NCBI GenBank assembly: GCA_965243135.1
Contig: OZ251539.1
Span: 1,408,001 to 1,472,000 of the forward strand
Reading direction: 5' to 3'
DNA from: Alphaproteobacteria bacterium
GTDB lineage: Bacteria > Pseudomonadota > Alphaproteobacteria > MPNO01 > UBA830
Length of the DNA: 64,000 nucleotides
Positions 1-9,217 of the stretch are shown in pieces (positions within the stretch are counted from its first letter, which is position 1; every line of letters begins with the position of its first letter). The position numbers and the translations under genes were made by a program. The notes under the pieces were generated by a model. The model had not been told where the DNA came from. It saw only the letters and a program-made list of their open reading frames with translations, and did no database searches.

Positions 1-357
1 GCCCTCGAAATCGAAAACGACTACATAACGGACATCGCGGGCGACGGGCTCGACGCGGACCTCTTCCGCAACTACATCGCCGCTTGGGGAGATCGAGAGG
101 CGTACGCGGCGTCGCACGTAGGTTGGGGCATGAACCCCGCGGCTCGCTGGGAGGCGCTCGCCATGTACGACAGGCGGGACGTCAACGGCACCGAACTTCG
201 GGCCTTCGCCGGCAACTTTCTCTATTCGACGGGCGCCAACGAAACCGCGGGCCGCTACACCTTGGGGCATTTCGACATTCCCGTGCGCAACTGCACGATC
301 CGCCTCGACGGCGAGGCGGTGGTGGACAAGGGCGTCCTGCAGGGAGAACTGGCGTGA
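1..357 (+). CDS. 3' part of a peptidase M29/thermophilic metalloprotease-fold protein (NicX 2,5-dihydroxypyridine dioxygenase-like); truncated by the window edge
   Basis: Frame 1 is open from base 1: ...YAASHVGWGMNPAARW...RAFAGNFLYSTGANE...GHFDIPVRNCTIRLDGEAVVDKG, matching the C-terminal metal-binding region of this family. The stop overlaps the next start (GTGA). Confidence 0.7.
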   Translation, partial: ALEIENDYITDIAGDGLDADLFRNYIAAWGDREAYAASHVGWGMNPAARWEALAMYDRRDVNGTELRAFAGNFLYSTGANETAGRYTLGHFDIPVRNCTIRLDGEAVVDKGVLQGELA

Positions 358-1184
358 CGGGCGTTCCCGACTGCGCGGTCGCCGGCGACGGCGAGGTTCT
401 GCTGTTCCTTCACGGCGTGGGCGGCGGCGCGCGATGCTGGGAGCCGCAGCTGGCCCATTATTCGGACCGTTATCTCGCCGCCGCCTGGGACATGCCCGGC
501 TACGGGAACAGCGTCCTGAACGGGCGCATGACGTTTCCGCTGTTGTCGGAGGCCCTTCTCGCGCTGTTCGACGCGCGCGGCTGGGAACGGGCGCATCTGG
601 TGGGACATTCCATGGGCGGAATGGTGGCGCAGGAGTTCGCCGCGGACCATCAGGACCGTCTGCATTCCCTTGCGCTCTCGGGCACCAGTCCCGCCTTCGG
701 GCGGCCCGACGGCGAATTCCAGAAGAAGTTCGTGGCCGACAGGCTGGCTCCGCTCGCGGCGGGCGCGTCGATGGAGGACCTCGCCCGGGAGCTGGTCGAG
801 GACATGATGTCGCCGGACGCGGACCCGGACGGCCGGGCGATCGCCTACGCCTGCATGGCCGAGGTCTCTCCCGACGCCTACCGCGCCGCGATCGAGTGCA
901 TCGTCGGTTTCGACCGCCGCGCCGATCTCGCCCGCATCCGCGTCCCCGCTCTGGCGCTCGCGGGCGGGGAAGACGTCAACGCGCCGGCGGCGATGATGGA
1001 GAAGATGGCGGCCCGCATCCCGTCCTGCCGCTACATATGCCTGGAAGGACTCGGGCATCTCGCCAATCTGGAGGATCCGGCGGCGTTCAACCGCGAGCTG
1101 GACTCCTTTCTCGAAACCGCGGCGGCATGGGTGGAAGAACTGTCTTCGGACGAGGAGGTCTATCATGGCAAGCCGCACCCGTAG
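354..1184 (+). CDS. alpha/beta-fold hydrolase (enol-lactonase/deformylase-like)
   Basis: GTG at 354 overlaps the upstream TGA. Motifs: LFLHGVGG, DMPGYG, nucleophile GHSMGG, acid GGED and GHLANLE. Confidence 0.85.
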   Translation: MTGVPDCAVAGDGEVLLFLHGVGGGARCWEPQLAHYSDRYLAAAWDMPGYGNSVLNGRMTFPLLSEALLALFDARGWERAHLVGHSMGGMVAQEFAADHQDRLHSLALSGTSPAFGRPDGEFQKKFVADRLAPLAAGASMEDLARELVEDMMSPDADPDGRAIAYACMAEVSPDAYRAAIECIVGFDRRADLARIRVPALALAGGEDVNAPAAMMEKMAARIPSCRYICLEGLGHLANLEDPAAFNRELDSFLETAAAWVEELSSDEEVYHGKPHP

Positions 1185-1439
1185 AACGGTTCCCGAGGCG
1201 CCGCGAGGCCCGAGGTCGAAAAAACGATGATAGGCGTCGACTATCTGGCGAAGAAGCTCGGTCGCGAGCCGAAGAGCGTTCGTCGGAGCCTGCGCGCCCT
1301 CTACCCCGACCACCGGAAGCACTCCCGGTGGCAGTGGGAATCGGAGGAGAAAGCCGATGAAGTGATCGAACTGATCAGGGGGGGCGCGGCGGAAAACGCG
1401 GAGAAGATCCGAAAGGCTGACGAAGGGGAAGGCGAAGCG

Positions 1440-2654
1440 ATGGAATGGCGCGAGTTGGCGGGCGACGCGGAAGGAATCCGGCGTGTCGTCGAGAAGCTGG
1501 GCCGCGAGAAATTCGCGCCGCGCGCCTCGAGATACGACGAGGAGGCGTCGTTTCCGGTCGAAAACTACGACGACATGCGCGAGGCGGGGATCCTCGCGAT
1601 GACCGTGCCGGAGCGGTACGGCGGCCTCGGCGTCGAGTACGCCGGCTACGCGATGATCGCCGCCGAGATGGGACGCTGGTGCGGGGCGACCGCGTTGACC
1701 TACAACATGCACGCCTGCACGCCGCTGTGGACCGGGCATATCACGGACGATCTCGACATGCCGGATGTCGATCGCCGGCGGCACGAGAAAAACCGCGAGC
1801 TGCATTTCGGGCGCATCGTCGAGGACGGCGCGATCTTCGCGCAGCCGTTCTCCGAAGGATCGGCCGCCGCCGCGGGCAAGGCTCCCTTCGGCACGCTGGC
1901 CAGCAAGGTGGACGGCGGCTGGCTCCTGAACGGCAAGAAAATCTTCGCGTCGCTGTCCGGGGCGGCGACCTATTACGGCGTTCTCTGCACCGAGGACAAG
2001 CCGGACCGCTCGGTTCGCGACACGCTTTTCGTCGCGGTTCCGGCGGCGGCCGAGGGCGTTTCGATCGTCGGGCCGTGGGATCCGGTCGGAATGCGGGCGA
2101 CCGTCTCGCGCACGCTGCTGATGAACGACGTTTTCGTGCCGGACGAGCAGATGCTGATGCCGCGCGGCGTCTATCACCAGGCGGCGCGGCGCTGGCCGCA
2201 CATGTTCCTGACCCTGTGCCCCACCTACATGGGCATCGCCCAGGCGGCCTACGACTTCACGGTCTCCTACCTTCGGGGCGAAGTCGAGGGAATCCCGGTC
2301 AAGAGGCGCATGTATCCGACCAAGCAGATCACCGTCGCCGAAATGTGGGTCAAGCTGCAGCAGACATGGGCGATCTTCAGGCAGGCGCTGGCCGAGGCGC
2401 GGATCGATCCGTCCAAGGAGGACCGCCTTCGCGCCTATGCGGCGCAGTACACGGTGATGGAAAACGCCAACGAGATGTGCCGGCTCGCGATCCGGACCTG
2501 CGGCGGCCAGTCGATGCTGAAATCCCTGCCGCTCGAGCGCCTCTACCGCGATTCGCGCCTCGGATCGCTGATGCTCCCGTGGACGGCCGAGCTGTGCCTC
2601 GACCGGCTGGGGCGCGAGACGCTCTACGAGCACGGCGAGTCGGACGACGATTGA
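1440..2654 (+). CDS. acyl-CoA dehydrogenase family protein (the ORF stays open upstream to 1227; see findings)
   Basis: FPVENY...PERYGGLG, LNGKKIFASLS, WDPVGMRATVS, CGGQSMLKSLPLERLYRDSR. A purine-rich RBS (GAAGGGGAAGG) precedes ATG 1440. Confidence 0.88.
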   Translation: MEWRELAGDAEGIRRVVEKLGREKFAPRASRYDEEASFPVENYDDMREAGILAMTVPERYGGLGVEYAGYAMIAAEMGRWCGATALTYNMHACTPLWTGHITDDLDMPDVDRRRHEKNRELHFGRIVEDGAIFAQPFSEGSAAAAGKAPFGTLASKVDGGWLLNGKKIFASLSGAATYYGVLCTEDKPDRSVRDTLFVAVPAAAEGVSIVGPWDPVGMRATVSRTLLMNDVFVPDEQMLMPRGVYHQAARRWPHMFLTLCPTYMGIAQAAYDFTVSYLRGEVEGIPVKRRMYPTKQITVAEMWVKLQQTWAIFRQALAEARIDPSKEDRLRAYAAQYTVMENANEMCRLAIRTCGGQSMLKSLPLERLYRDSRLGSLMLPWTAELCLDRLGRETLYEHGESDDD

Positions 2655-4201
2655 TGGACGTCTCGCACTGGATCGAACGTTGGGCGGATTTCCACCCGGA
2701 CAAGACGGCGATCCGGTTCGAGGGGCGGGAAATTTCCTACGCGGCGCTAAATGCGCGGATACGCCGGACGGCCGCGTCGATGCGCGAATCGCTCGGCGTC
2801 GGTTACGGCGACCGCGTGGCGTTTCTCGGTTTCAACTCGCCGGACATGCTGACGCTGCTGTTCGCCTGCGCGCGGCTGGGCGCGATGCTGGTGCCGCTCA
2901 ACTGGCGGCTGGCGCCGCCCGAACACCTGTACATCCTGCAGCATTCGGGAGCGAAGGCGCTGTTCTGCGAACCGGAATTCGTCGAGGGCGCGGAAGCCAA
3001 CCGCGACGCGCTGCCGGATTGCCGCCGCGTGAGGATGGCGGGGGAGGGCGAAGGCTGGGAAGATTTCGAGGCGCTCCACGCCGCTGCTTCCGGCGAGGCG
3101 TCGGACGCGAGGGCCGGGCCGGACGCGCCGCTGTTGATCGTGTACACGTCCGGCACGACCGGCCGTCCCAAGGGTGCCGTTCTCGACCAGAACGCGCTCA
3201 CGTTCAACGCGGTCAACTCGATCGCCATGCACGACATGACGAGCCGCGACCTCGTCCTCACCAACCTTCCGATGTTCCATGTCGGCGGCCTCAACATCCA
3301 GACCACGCCGGCGCTTCACGCCGGGGCGGAAGTCATCGTGCACCGGCGTTTCGACGCGGACGCGACCGTTCGGACGATCCGGGAGGAACGGCCGAGCCTG
3401 ACGATCCTCGTGCCGGCGCTGATGGCGGCGGTGATGGCCCATCCGGCCTGGGGAGACCTGGATTTCGGATCGCTGAGGGCCGTCAACACCGGGTCCACCA
3501 CCGTTCCGCCGTCGCTGCTCGACGCCTGGCTGGGCCGGGGCGTTCCCGTGATTCAGGTTTACGGATCGACCGAAACCGCGCCCATCGCCATTCACCAGCG
3601 CATTCCCGGGGCGTGGACGACCCGAGGCTCCACCGGCCGCGCGGCCCTCCACTGCGACGCGAAGATCGTCGACGCCGACGGCCGGGAACTCGGCCCCGGA
3701 GAAAAGGGCGAGATCCTGGTGCGCGGCCCCAGCGTCATGAAGGAATACTGGAACGATCCCGAGGCGACGGCCGATGCGCTCAGGAACGGCTGGTTCCATA
3801 CCGGCGACATCGGGCACGCGGACGCCGACGGCCTCTTCTACGTGGACGACCGCGTCAAGGACGTCATCATCTCGGGGTCGGAAAACATCTACCCGGCCGA
3901 ACTCGAAATGGTGCTCGACGAATGCGCCGACATCGCCGAGGCGGCCGTGGTCGGACGGCCGGACGTAAAATGGGGAGAAGTGCCGGTCGCGGTCGTCGTC
4001 GCGGCGGCGGGTTCCGAACCGACCCGCGCAAGCGTGATCGACCTGTTCCAGGGACGTATCGCCCGCTACAAGCATCCTCGCGACGTCGTGTTCGTCGAGT
4101 CGCTGCCGCGCAACGTGATGGGCAAGGTTCTTAAGTTCGAACTCAGGAAGACGCTGTCCGGCGAGGCGGGCCGGCCGGCAGCGGACGGCGCGCCGTGTTG
4201 A
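2654..4201 (+). CDS. long-chain-fatty-acid/acyl-CoA ligase (AMP-binding)
   Basis: YTSGTTGRPKG, YGSTE, GWFHTGDIG, ISGSENIYPAE, LPRNVMGKV. TGATG overlap with the upstream gene. Confidence 0.92.
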   Translation: MDVSHWIERWADFHPDKTAIRFEGREISYAALNARIRRTAASMRESLGVGYGDRVAFLGFNSPDMLTLLFACARLGAMLVPLNWRLAPPEHLYILQHSGAKALFCEPEFVEGAEANRDALPDCRRVRMAGEGEGWEDFEALHAAASGEASDARAGPDAPLLIVYTSGTTGRPKGAVLDQNALTFNAVNSIAMHDMTSRDLVLTNLPMFHVGGLNIQTTPALHAGAEVIVHRRFDADATVRTIREERPSLTILVPALMAAVMAHPAWGDLDFGSLRAVNTGSTTVPPSLLDAWLGRGVPVIQVYGSTETAPIAIHQRIPGAWTTRGSTGRAALHCDAKIVDADGRELGPGEKGEILVRGPSVMKEYWNDPEATADALRNGWFHTGDIGHADADGLFYVDDRVKDVIISGSENIYPAELEMVLDECADIAEAAVVGRPDVKWGEVPVAVVVAAAGSEPTRASVIDLFQGRIARYKHPRDVVFVESLPRNVMGKVLKFELRKTLSGEAGRPAADGAPC

Positions 4202-4632
4202 GCGAACTTCCCGAGAACGCGGCCGAGGAGTCGCTCGGCGAAAGCGCCGTCCGCCGGAAATCGAGGGAGGCGGCCGGAGAAAAAATGCGGCGCGGACTCG
4301 TCCTTCGCCCGGGCCGGCTCGACGTCGCGAGGCGGCGAGGGCGGTTTCTGACGTTCGAAGCGGAAGGAGTTATCGCTGCCGCTTCGAATTCCCCAGGCGC
4401 CTGCGGAAGCGTTCGCGGCTGCGTTACCGATGATCGCTGAAGAACGATCTTCAGGAGCGCCCGTCGCCGGTTGCGCTTCTGGCCGGTTCCCGCCCGGAAG
4501 CGCCATTCCGGCAACGAGACGCGGCCCTCCCTGCGAACCGCCCAGACGCGTTCGGGAGGCGATCTCCGTCGCCCGCCGGAGCGGCGAAAAACGACGAAAC
4601 GGCGCCGGGACGTTCCGTCGGGGGGTAGCGGC

Positions 4633-5469
4633 ATGAACGGAGGCCGGGCCAGGCGCATCGTGGACGAACGGCAGCGGGAATGGGCGGCAGGGCTCGGACT
4701 CGAAGTCGACGCCCGGGGTTATCTCCCGACCGTGAACGAGAATTTGTTCGAGCCTCTTTCCGGGGAGGCGTTGTCCGCTTTCGGAACGGCCGCCGGACAG
4801 GAATTGTACGACAGCGGCCGCAGGCCGGCGAAGATGAGGGCGTTGCATTCCTCCGCCGTACTCGTGTGCAACCTCTTCGATTGCTGGATCGAGAACGATC
4901 GAGGAGCCATAGGCCGAGCCTTCGGGATATCGAAGCGGATTAGCCGCGTCGAACTGGAAGCGAAGCTGCCGACCGGTCTTCCCGGCACGCCGCCTACGCT
5001 GGACTTGTTGCTGACCGGGTGGTGGGGCAAAGCGTGGGCCGTCGAATCCAAGTTTACCGAACCGCTCGCCGGCCGTCCCGAGGGCGAGCGCTTCAAGGTG
5101 GCGTATTTCGAGGGAAGGCTGTGGACCGGGCAGGGCCTTCCTCGCTGCCAGCAGCTTGCCGAAAGGCTTCAACGGGGCGAAACGGGCTTTTCCTATCTGG
5201 ACGCGTTCCAGCTGCTGAAGCACGCTCTCGGCGTCAAACGAAACCACCCGCGAGGACGGCTCATCCTGTTGTGGTTCGACACCGGCGAACGGGAGTCGCG
5301 GGATCTGGCGCGGGAGATAGACGAGTTCGCCGCGTCCGTGGACGATGCGTTGGGTTTCAGAGGCATTTCCCATCAGGAAGTCTTCGGGCGACTCGCGGCC
5401 GAAAAGGGCGCAAGGCGCGACTACGTCGATTACATGAAGGCGAGATATTTCCCGAAGCGCGGTCCATGA
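4633..5469 (+). CDS. PD-(D/E)xK restriction-endonuclease-like protein (PGN_0703 family-like)
   Basis: KMRALHSSAVLVCNLF, ELEAKLPTG, PPTLDLLL...AVESKFTE (D...ExK catalytic pattern), LDAFQLLKH. Confidence 0.7.
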   Translation: MNGGRARRIVDERQREWAAGLGLEVDARGYLPTVNENLFEPLSGEALSAFGTAAGQELYDSGRRPAKMRALHSSAVLVCNLFDCWIENDRGAIGRAFGISKRISRVELEAKLPTGLPGTPPTLDLLLTGWWGKAWAVESKFTEPLAGRPEGERFKVAYFEGRLWTGQGLPRCQQLAERLQRGETGFSYLDAFQLLKHALGVKRNHPRGRLILLWFDTGERESRDLAREIDEFAASVDDALGFRGISHQEVFGRLAAEKGARRDYVDYMKARYFPKRGP

Positions 5470-6656
5470 CGAACGAAATTTCCGTGCGGAGGGCGATGAG
5501 CGTTCTTCTGCTGATCGCCTTTTTCGACATGCTGGCGCTAGGGATCATCATTCCCTTCATGCCGTTCTGGGCGGAACGCTTCGGCGCGTCCCCGGCGCTG
5601 GTCGCGATTCTTTTCGCGACCTTTTCCCTGTTCGCGTTGCTGTCGTCGTTTCCCTGGGGCGTGTTGAGCGACAGGTGGGCGCGCAAGCCGATCATTTGTC
5701 TCGGGGTCGCGGGTTCGGCGATTTCCTTCGCGTGGATCAGCCAGGCGGACACGCTTTGGGAGCTGTTCGCCGCCCGCGCGCTCGGCGGGTTGATGGGGGG
5801 CACCTTGCCGGTGGCGCACGCCTATATCGCCGACATCACCCCGGTTCGGGATCGCGCGGCGCGCATGGGGCAGATGGGAGCCGCGGTCGGAGCCGGCTTC
5901 GTCCTGGGCCCGGCGGTCGGTTGGTGGTTGACGGGCTTCGGCACGGGAGACGCGGATTTCCGGACGGCGTTCATGGTGGCGGCGGGCGTGGGCATCGCTG
6001 GCTGCATCGCCGGACTCTCGTTGTTGCGGGAGCCGCCGCGCCGCGAACCGACGAATATGCCGCGCAGCATGCCCGACCGATTCAGGGCGATCTCCGCGGC
6101 GGCGAAAATGCCCGGCATTCTGTATCCCCTTGCGGTCCTGACGATGTTCGCCTTCTGCATGGGCGGCCTCGAGAGCACCTTCGCGATGTGGACCGAACGG
6201 CAGCTTCAGTGGAACGTGCGCGAAAACGCCATCTTCTTCTTCTACATCGGCATCATTCTCATCGTGGTCCAGGGCGGGCTGGTCCGCCCGCTCGTCAGGC
6301 GGGTGGGCGAGGCTCCGCTTGCCGCCGCCGGGGCGTTTCTCATGTGCGCCGGGTTCGCCATGGTGGTCGTGGTCTATGCGGCGCCCATGGCCTTTGTCGG
6401 AGGAGCCTTGATCGCGACCGGCCTGGGTCTGGGGCAACCGGCGCTGACGGCGATGATTTCCCGTGCGGCGCCTGCCGAACAACAGGGCGCGGCAATGGGC
6501 GCGTCGCAGTCCGCCCAATCGCTGTGCCGCATTCTCGGTCCGACGTCTGCCGGGCTTGCTTTTTCCGGTTTCGGGCGCGACGCTCCGTATCTGGGGGGAG
6601 CCGTCATCCTGTTTTTCGCGTTTGTCGTTGCGCTCCGCGCGGCAAGAAGGCGATGA
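5466..6656 (+). CDS. MFS transporter, DHA1/TetA-like drug:H+ antiporter
   Basis: About 12 hydrophobic segments; DMLALGIIIP, motif A GVLSDRWARKP, AYIADIT, GFVLGPAVG. ATGA overlap with the nuclease gene. Confidence 0.88.
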   Translation: MTNEISVRRAMSVLLLIAFFDMLALGIIIPFMPFWAERFGASPALVAILFATFSLFALLSSFPWGVLSDRWARKPIICLGVAGSAISFAWISQADTLWELFAARALGGLMGGTLPVAHAYIADITPVRDRAARMGQMGAAVGAGFVLGPAVGWWLTGFGTGDADFRTAFMVAAGVGIAGCIAGLSLLREPPRREPTNMPRSMPDRFRAISAAAKMPGILYPLAVLTMFAFCMGGLESTFAMWTERQLQWNVRENAIFFFYIGIILIVVQGGLVRPLVRRVGEAPLAAAGAFLMCAGFAMVVVVYAAPMAFVGGALIATGLGLGQPALTAMISRAAPAEQQGAAMGASQSAQSLCRILGPTSAGLAFSGFGRDAPYLGGAVILFFAFVVALRAARRR

Positions 6657-6772
6657 CGCGCCGGAGAGTGGGCCAACGCGGCGTTGAAGCAGGAGTCGGA
6701 GAAGTTACGTGCAACGGAAAGGTTCGGGAGTGGATCATGCGATGCGACTTCGGTTGGCGACAACGGGGGGGA

Positions 6773-6801
6773 TTGACAACTCTGGGTTCGGAAATTACTA
6801 T
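6773..6801 (+). promoter_or_regulatory. sigma70-type promoter upstream of the AAA ATPase
   Basis: TTGACA (6773-6778), 17-nt spacer, TACTAT (6796-6801); about 70 nt upstream of ATG 6871. Confidence 0.7.
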
Positions 6802-6870
6802 AAGGCTTTCTTGCTGCCAACATGGCTGTTGCGTGCTCTCGGATGAACATCGGCAGGATATGGCGAGGAC

Positions 6871-8295
6871 ATGAAAGACGCACAAAAGACTTTTGAACTC
6901 GAAGTCGCTGATTTCGGCCCGATCGTGAAGGCAAAGATCGATCTGCGGCCTCTCACGGTTTTCGTAGGACCGAGCAACACCGGCAAATCATACTTGGCGA
7001 TGTTAATTTACATCCTTCACCGTTATTTTAACGATAAAACAGGTGTTATTCGACAATTGATGCAAATTGCAGAAAATCTGATCTCTGAACAAGACTCCAA
7101 TGAGGGTAGGTTGCAATCTGCTATACCTATCATTGACACTACTTCGTCCTCCATCGATAGCGAGTATTTTACCAGTGAAATTGAAAGGTGTTTCGGGTCA
7201 AATGACATATCAACGTTGATTCGAAAACAAAAAAAAGGTAGAGCATCTATAGTTTGGCGGTTTTCTGGAATAGCTGAAAGCGAAACGAAGATGATCGAAA
7301 ACCATTTGCGGATAGGATTGAGAAAGACCGAATTTGTTACAAATCTACATGACGAAATATCATCATCTATAGATTTAGAGAAGATGAGTGAGGAAATTGA
7401 AAGAAGTCGAAATTTTTTGCGTTCTATCTCGTCCGGTCAGATCGACGAAAGAGATTTAGACTTTGGGAGAACTGGTATAATAGCTGATATCCTTTGGTCT
7501 CTTCTTGAATACGCCTTGGTTTCTTCTGCCTACTATCTTCCGGCTGGTAGAACCGGGATAATGCACGCCCACGGCGTTATCGCCGCCGCTCTAATTGCAA
7601 GCGCGTCTCGACCGGAAGATTTGATCGGTTCTACGCCGACGCTCTCTGGAGTGTCGGCTGATTTTCTCGGACAGTTGCTCCAACTGGATCCGCGGCGTAA
7701 ATCGACAGCGGATTTCGGAAAGTGGATTGAGAAAGCCGTTCTTCAGGGCTCGATAAATGTCGAGAGGTCGCAGATCGGATATCCGCGCTTTACATATCGG
7801 CCGGAAGGATGGAGGGAAAGCCTTACCTTCCTGAAGACGTCGTCAATGATATCGGAACTAGCCCCAATAGTATTATATCTGCGGCACATAGTCAGTCCAA
7901 ATGACATGTTGATCATCGAAGAGCCGGAATCGCATTTGCATCCTGCCATGCAAATTGAATTTATGCGTCAAATCGTGCCCGTCGTTCGTGCAGGAATAAG
8001 GATCGTGATCATAACTCATAGCGAATGGATACTTGAGGAACTAGCCAATATAGTGCAACGGTCGGAAGTACCCGCATCCTGTTCCGATGAAAACGAACGC
8101 GCTTTTTCGCTGCCTTCGAAGGATGTAGGCGCATGGCTGTTCGAACCAAGAAAACGGCCGGCTGGTTCCGTAATTTCGGAGATCGGGTTGAGTGAATCCG
8201 GACTTTTTGCTGCAGGATTTGACGAGGTAGCGATGTTGCTCCACAATGACTGGGCTGAAATAAGAAGCAAAATTGGAATAAAAAATGATGATTGA
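6871..8295 (+). CDS. ABC-type AAA ATPase (AAA_15/AAA_21-like)
   Basis: N-terminal DFGPI...LTVFVGPSNTGKS (Walker A), YYLPAGRTG, signature-like TSSMISEL, Walker B/D-loop LIIEEPESHLHP, H-loop ITHS. Visibly AT-richer than the flanks. Confidence 0.88.
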   Translation: MKDAQKTFELEVADFGPIVKAKIDLRPLTVFVGPSNTGKSYLAMLIYILHRYFNDKTGVIRQLMQIAENLISEQDSNEGRLQSAIPIIDTTSSSIDSEYFTSEIERCFGSNDISTLIRKQKKGRASIVWRFSGIAESETKMIENHLRIGLRKTEFVTNLHDEISSSIDLEKMSEEIERSRNFLRSISSGQIDERDLDFGRTGIIADILWSLLEYALVSSAYYLPAGRTGIMHAHGVIAAALIASASRPEDLIGSTPTLSGVSADFLGQLLQLDPRRKSTADFGKWIEKAVLQGSINVERSQIGYPRFTYRPEGWRESLTFLKTSSMISELAPIVLYLRHIVSPNDMLIIEEPESHLHPAMQIEFMRQIVPVVRAGIRIVIITHSEWILEELANIVQRSEVPASCSDENERAFSLPSKDVGAWLFEPRKRPAGSVISEIGLSESGLFAAGFDEVAMLLHNDWAEIRSKIGIKNDD

Positions 8296-8752
8296 TGCCG
8301 TTTTAGAAAAGGTGGATCAAGAATGCATTAGAAAGACAAGATTAGGCAAGGAAGGCTGCAAGATATCACTCGATAATGCTCCGCAACCGAGATTGGTTGT
8401 TGATCTCGATAAGCTAAGTTGCGCTTACATCGAGAATCAAACGAGATGCGATTATCTGTTTATTTCGGAACCCCCGGAACAACCAGGTTGGATCGTTCCA
8501 ATCGAGCTGAAGAAGGGCGAACCGAAGGTCGGAGAGGTCGAACGTCAGCTTCAAGGAGGTGCAGATGTTGCGGCGTCGCTCGTCCCGAGGGACGTTGATA
8601 TAAAATTTTGTCCTGTTGTCGCTTCCGGTGAAGGAGTTTCCAAAGGTCAGAGACGAAACCTGAAAGATATTTTCATTCGTTTTCGCGGTAAAGCGGAACC
8701 TGTTCGCCGAATTCGCTGCGGCGGTTCGCTTCATGCAGCGCTTAAGCAATGA
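8285..8752 (+). CDS. small putative PD-(D/E)xK-fold nuclease, partner of the ATPase
   Basis: Overlaps the ATPase stop. RCDYLF...IVPIELKKG...VERQLQGG resembles D-x(n)-ExK plus a downstream Q helix. Same AT-rich composition as the ATPase. Confidence 0.55.
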   Translation: MMIDAVLEKVDQECIRKTRLGKEGCKISLDNAPQPRLVVDLDKLSCAYIENQTRCDYLFISEPPEQPGWIVPIELKKGEPKVGEVERQLQGGADVAASLVPRDVDIKFCPVVASGEGVSKGQRRNLKDIFIRFRGKAEPVRRIRCGGSLHAALKQ

Positions 8753-8871
8753 ATAGGTAAATCCAATCTTGAGTAGCTTTAATTCGCTCCTCGTCCCCGA
8801 CGGATATGGGGGATTCTGCTCTTTTTTGTAAAAACTTGTCTTGAAATCAGGATTCCCGCTGGCAGGCCGTG

Positions 8872-9145
8872 TCAGCACTTGGTTTTCGTTTGGGCGCACG
8901 ACCCAATCATCGCCTGCAGCGCGGCACAGCCCGACATCACCCTGAAGGTGAGGACGTTCTGTCCTCCGCTCCAGCGCGCGCGTCGGCCCGTGAGTTGGTG
9001 CACCTTGTCGGTGGCCTCGACGACGCCGGCATGCAGCTTTTGAGGTTCGCGTAGCGCATGCGGGCCTGTATTTACGGAAAAGCTCGCGTTTGAGAACCTT
9101 GACCGCCGTTTTCGTCGCCGCCTTGTCGCGGAGATGGCGGGCCGC
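8872..9145 (-). pseudogene. decayed transposase 3' fragment (ISKra4/ISLre2-like)
   Basis: Across shifting frames: RHLRDKA...VLKREL-FRK, RMRYANLK, GVVEATDKV, RWSGGQNVLTFR. This resembles the family C-terminus (RMRY...GSGVVEAA...RW...GGQxxLTxR) with many short deletions. Confidence 0.55.
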
Positions 9146-9217
9146 CGGCCGTGTCGACGCGGGTGCAGATCCGAAATTGTAAAGCCGAAAGATCTGCAAT
9201 GCTTGCGGCTCCCGGCT

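Noticed and set aside
255-2633. 792-aa minus-strand ORF, and similar long antisense ORFs (2747-4075, 18596-20623, 27603-29267, 34779-36950, 45461-47329, 52202-54640)
   Set aside because: They are shadows of well-supported genes on the opposite strand. Stop codons are rare in high-GC DNA and no family motifs are present.
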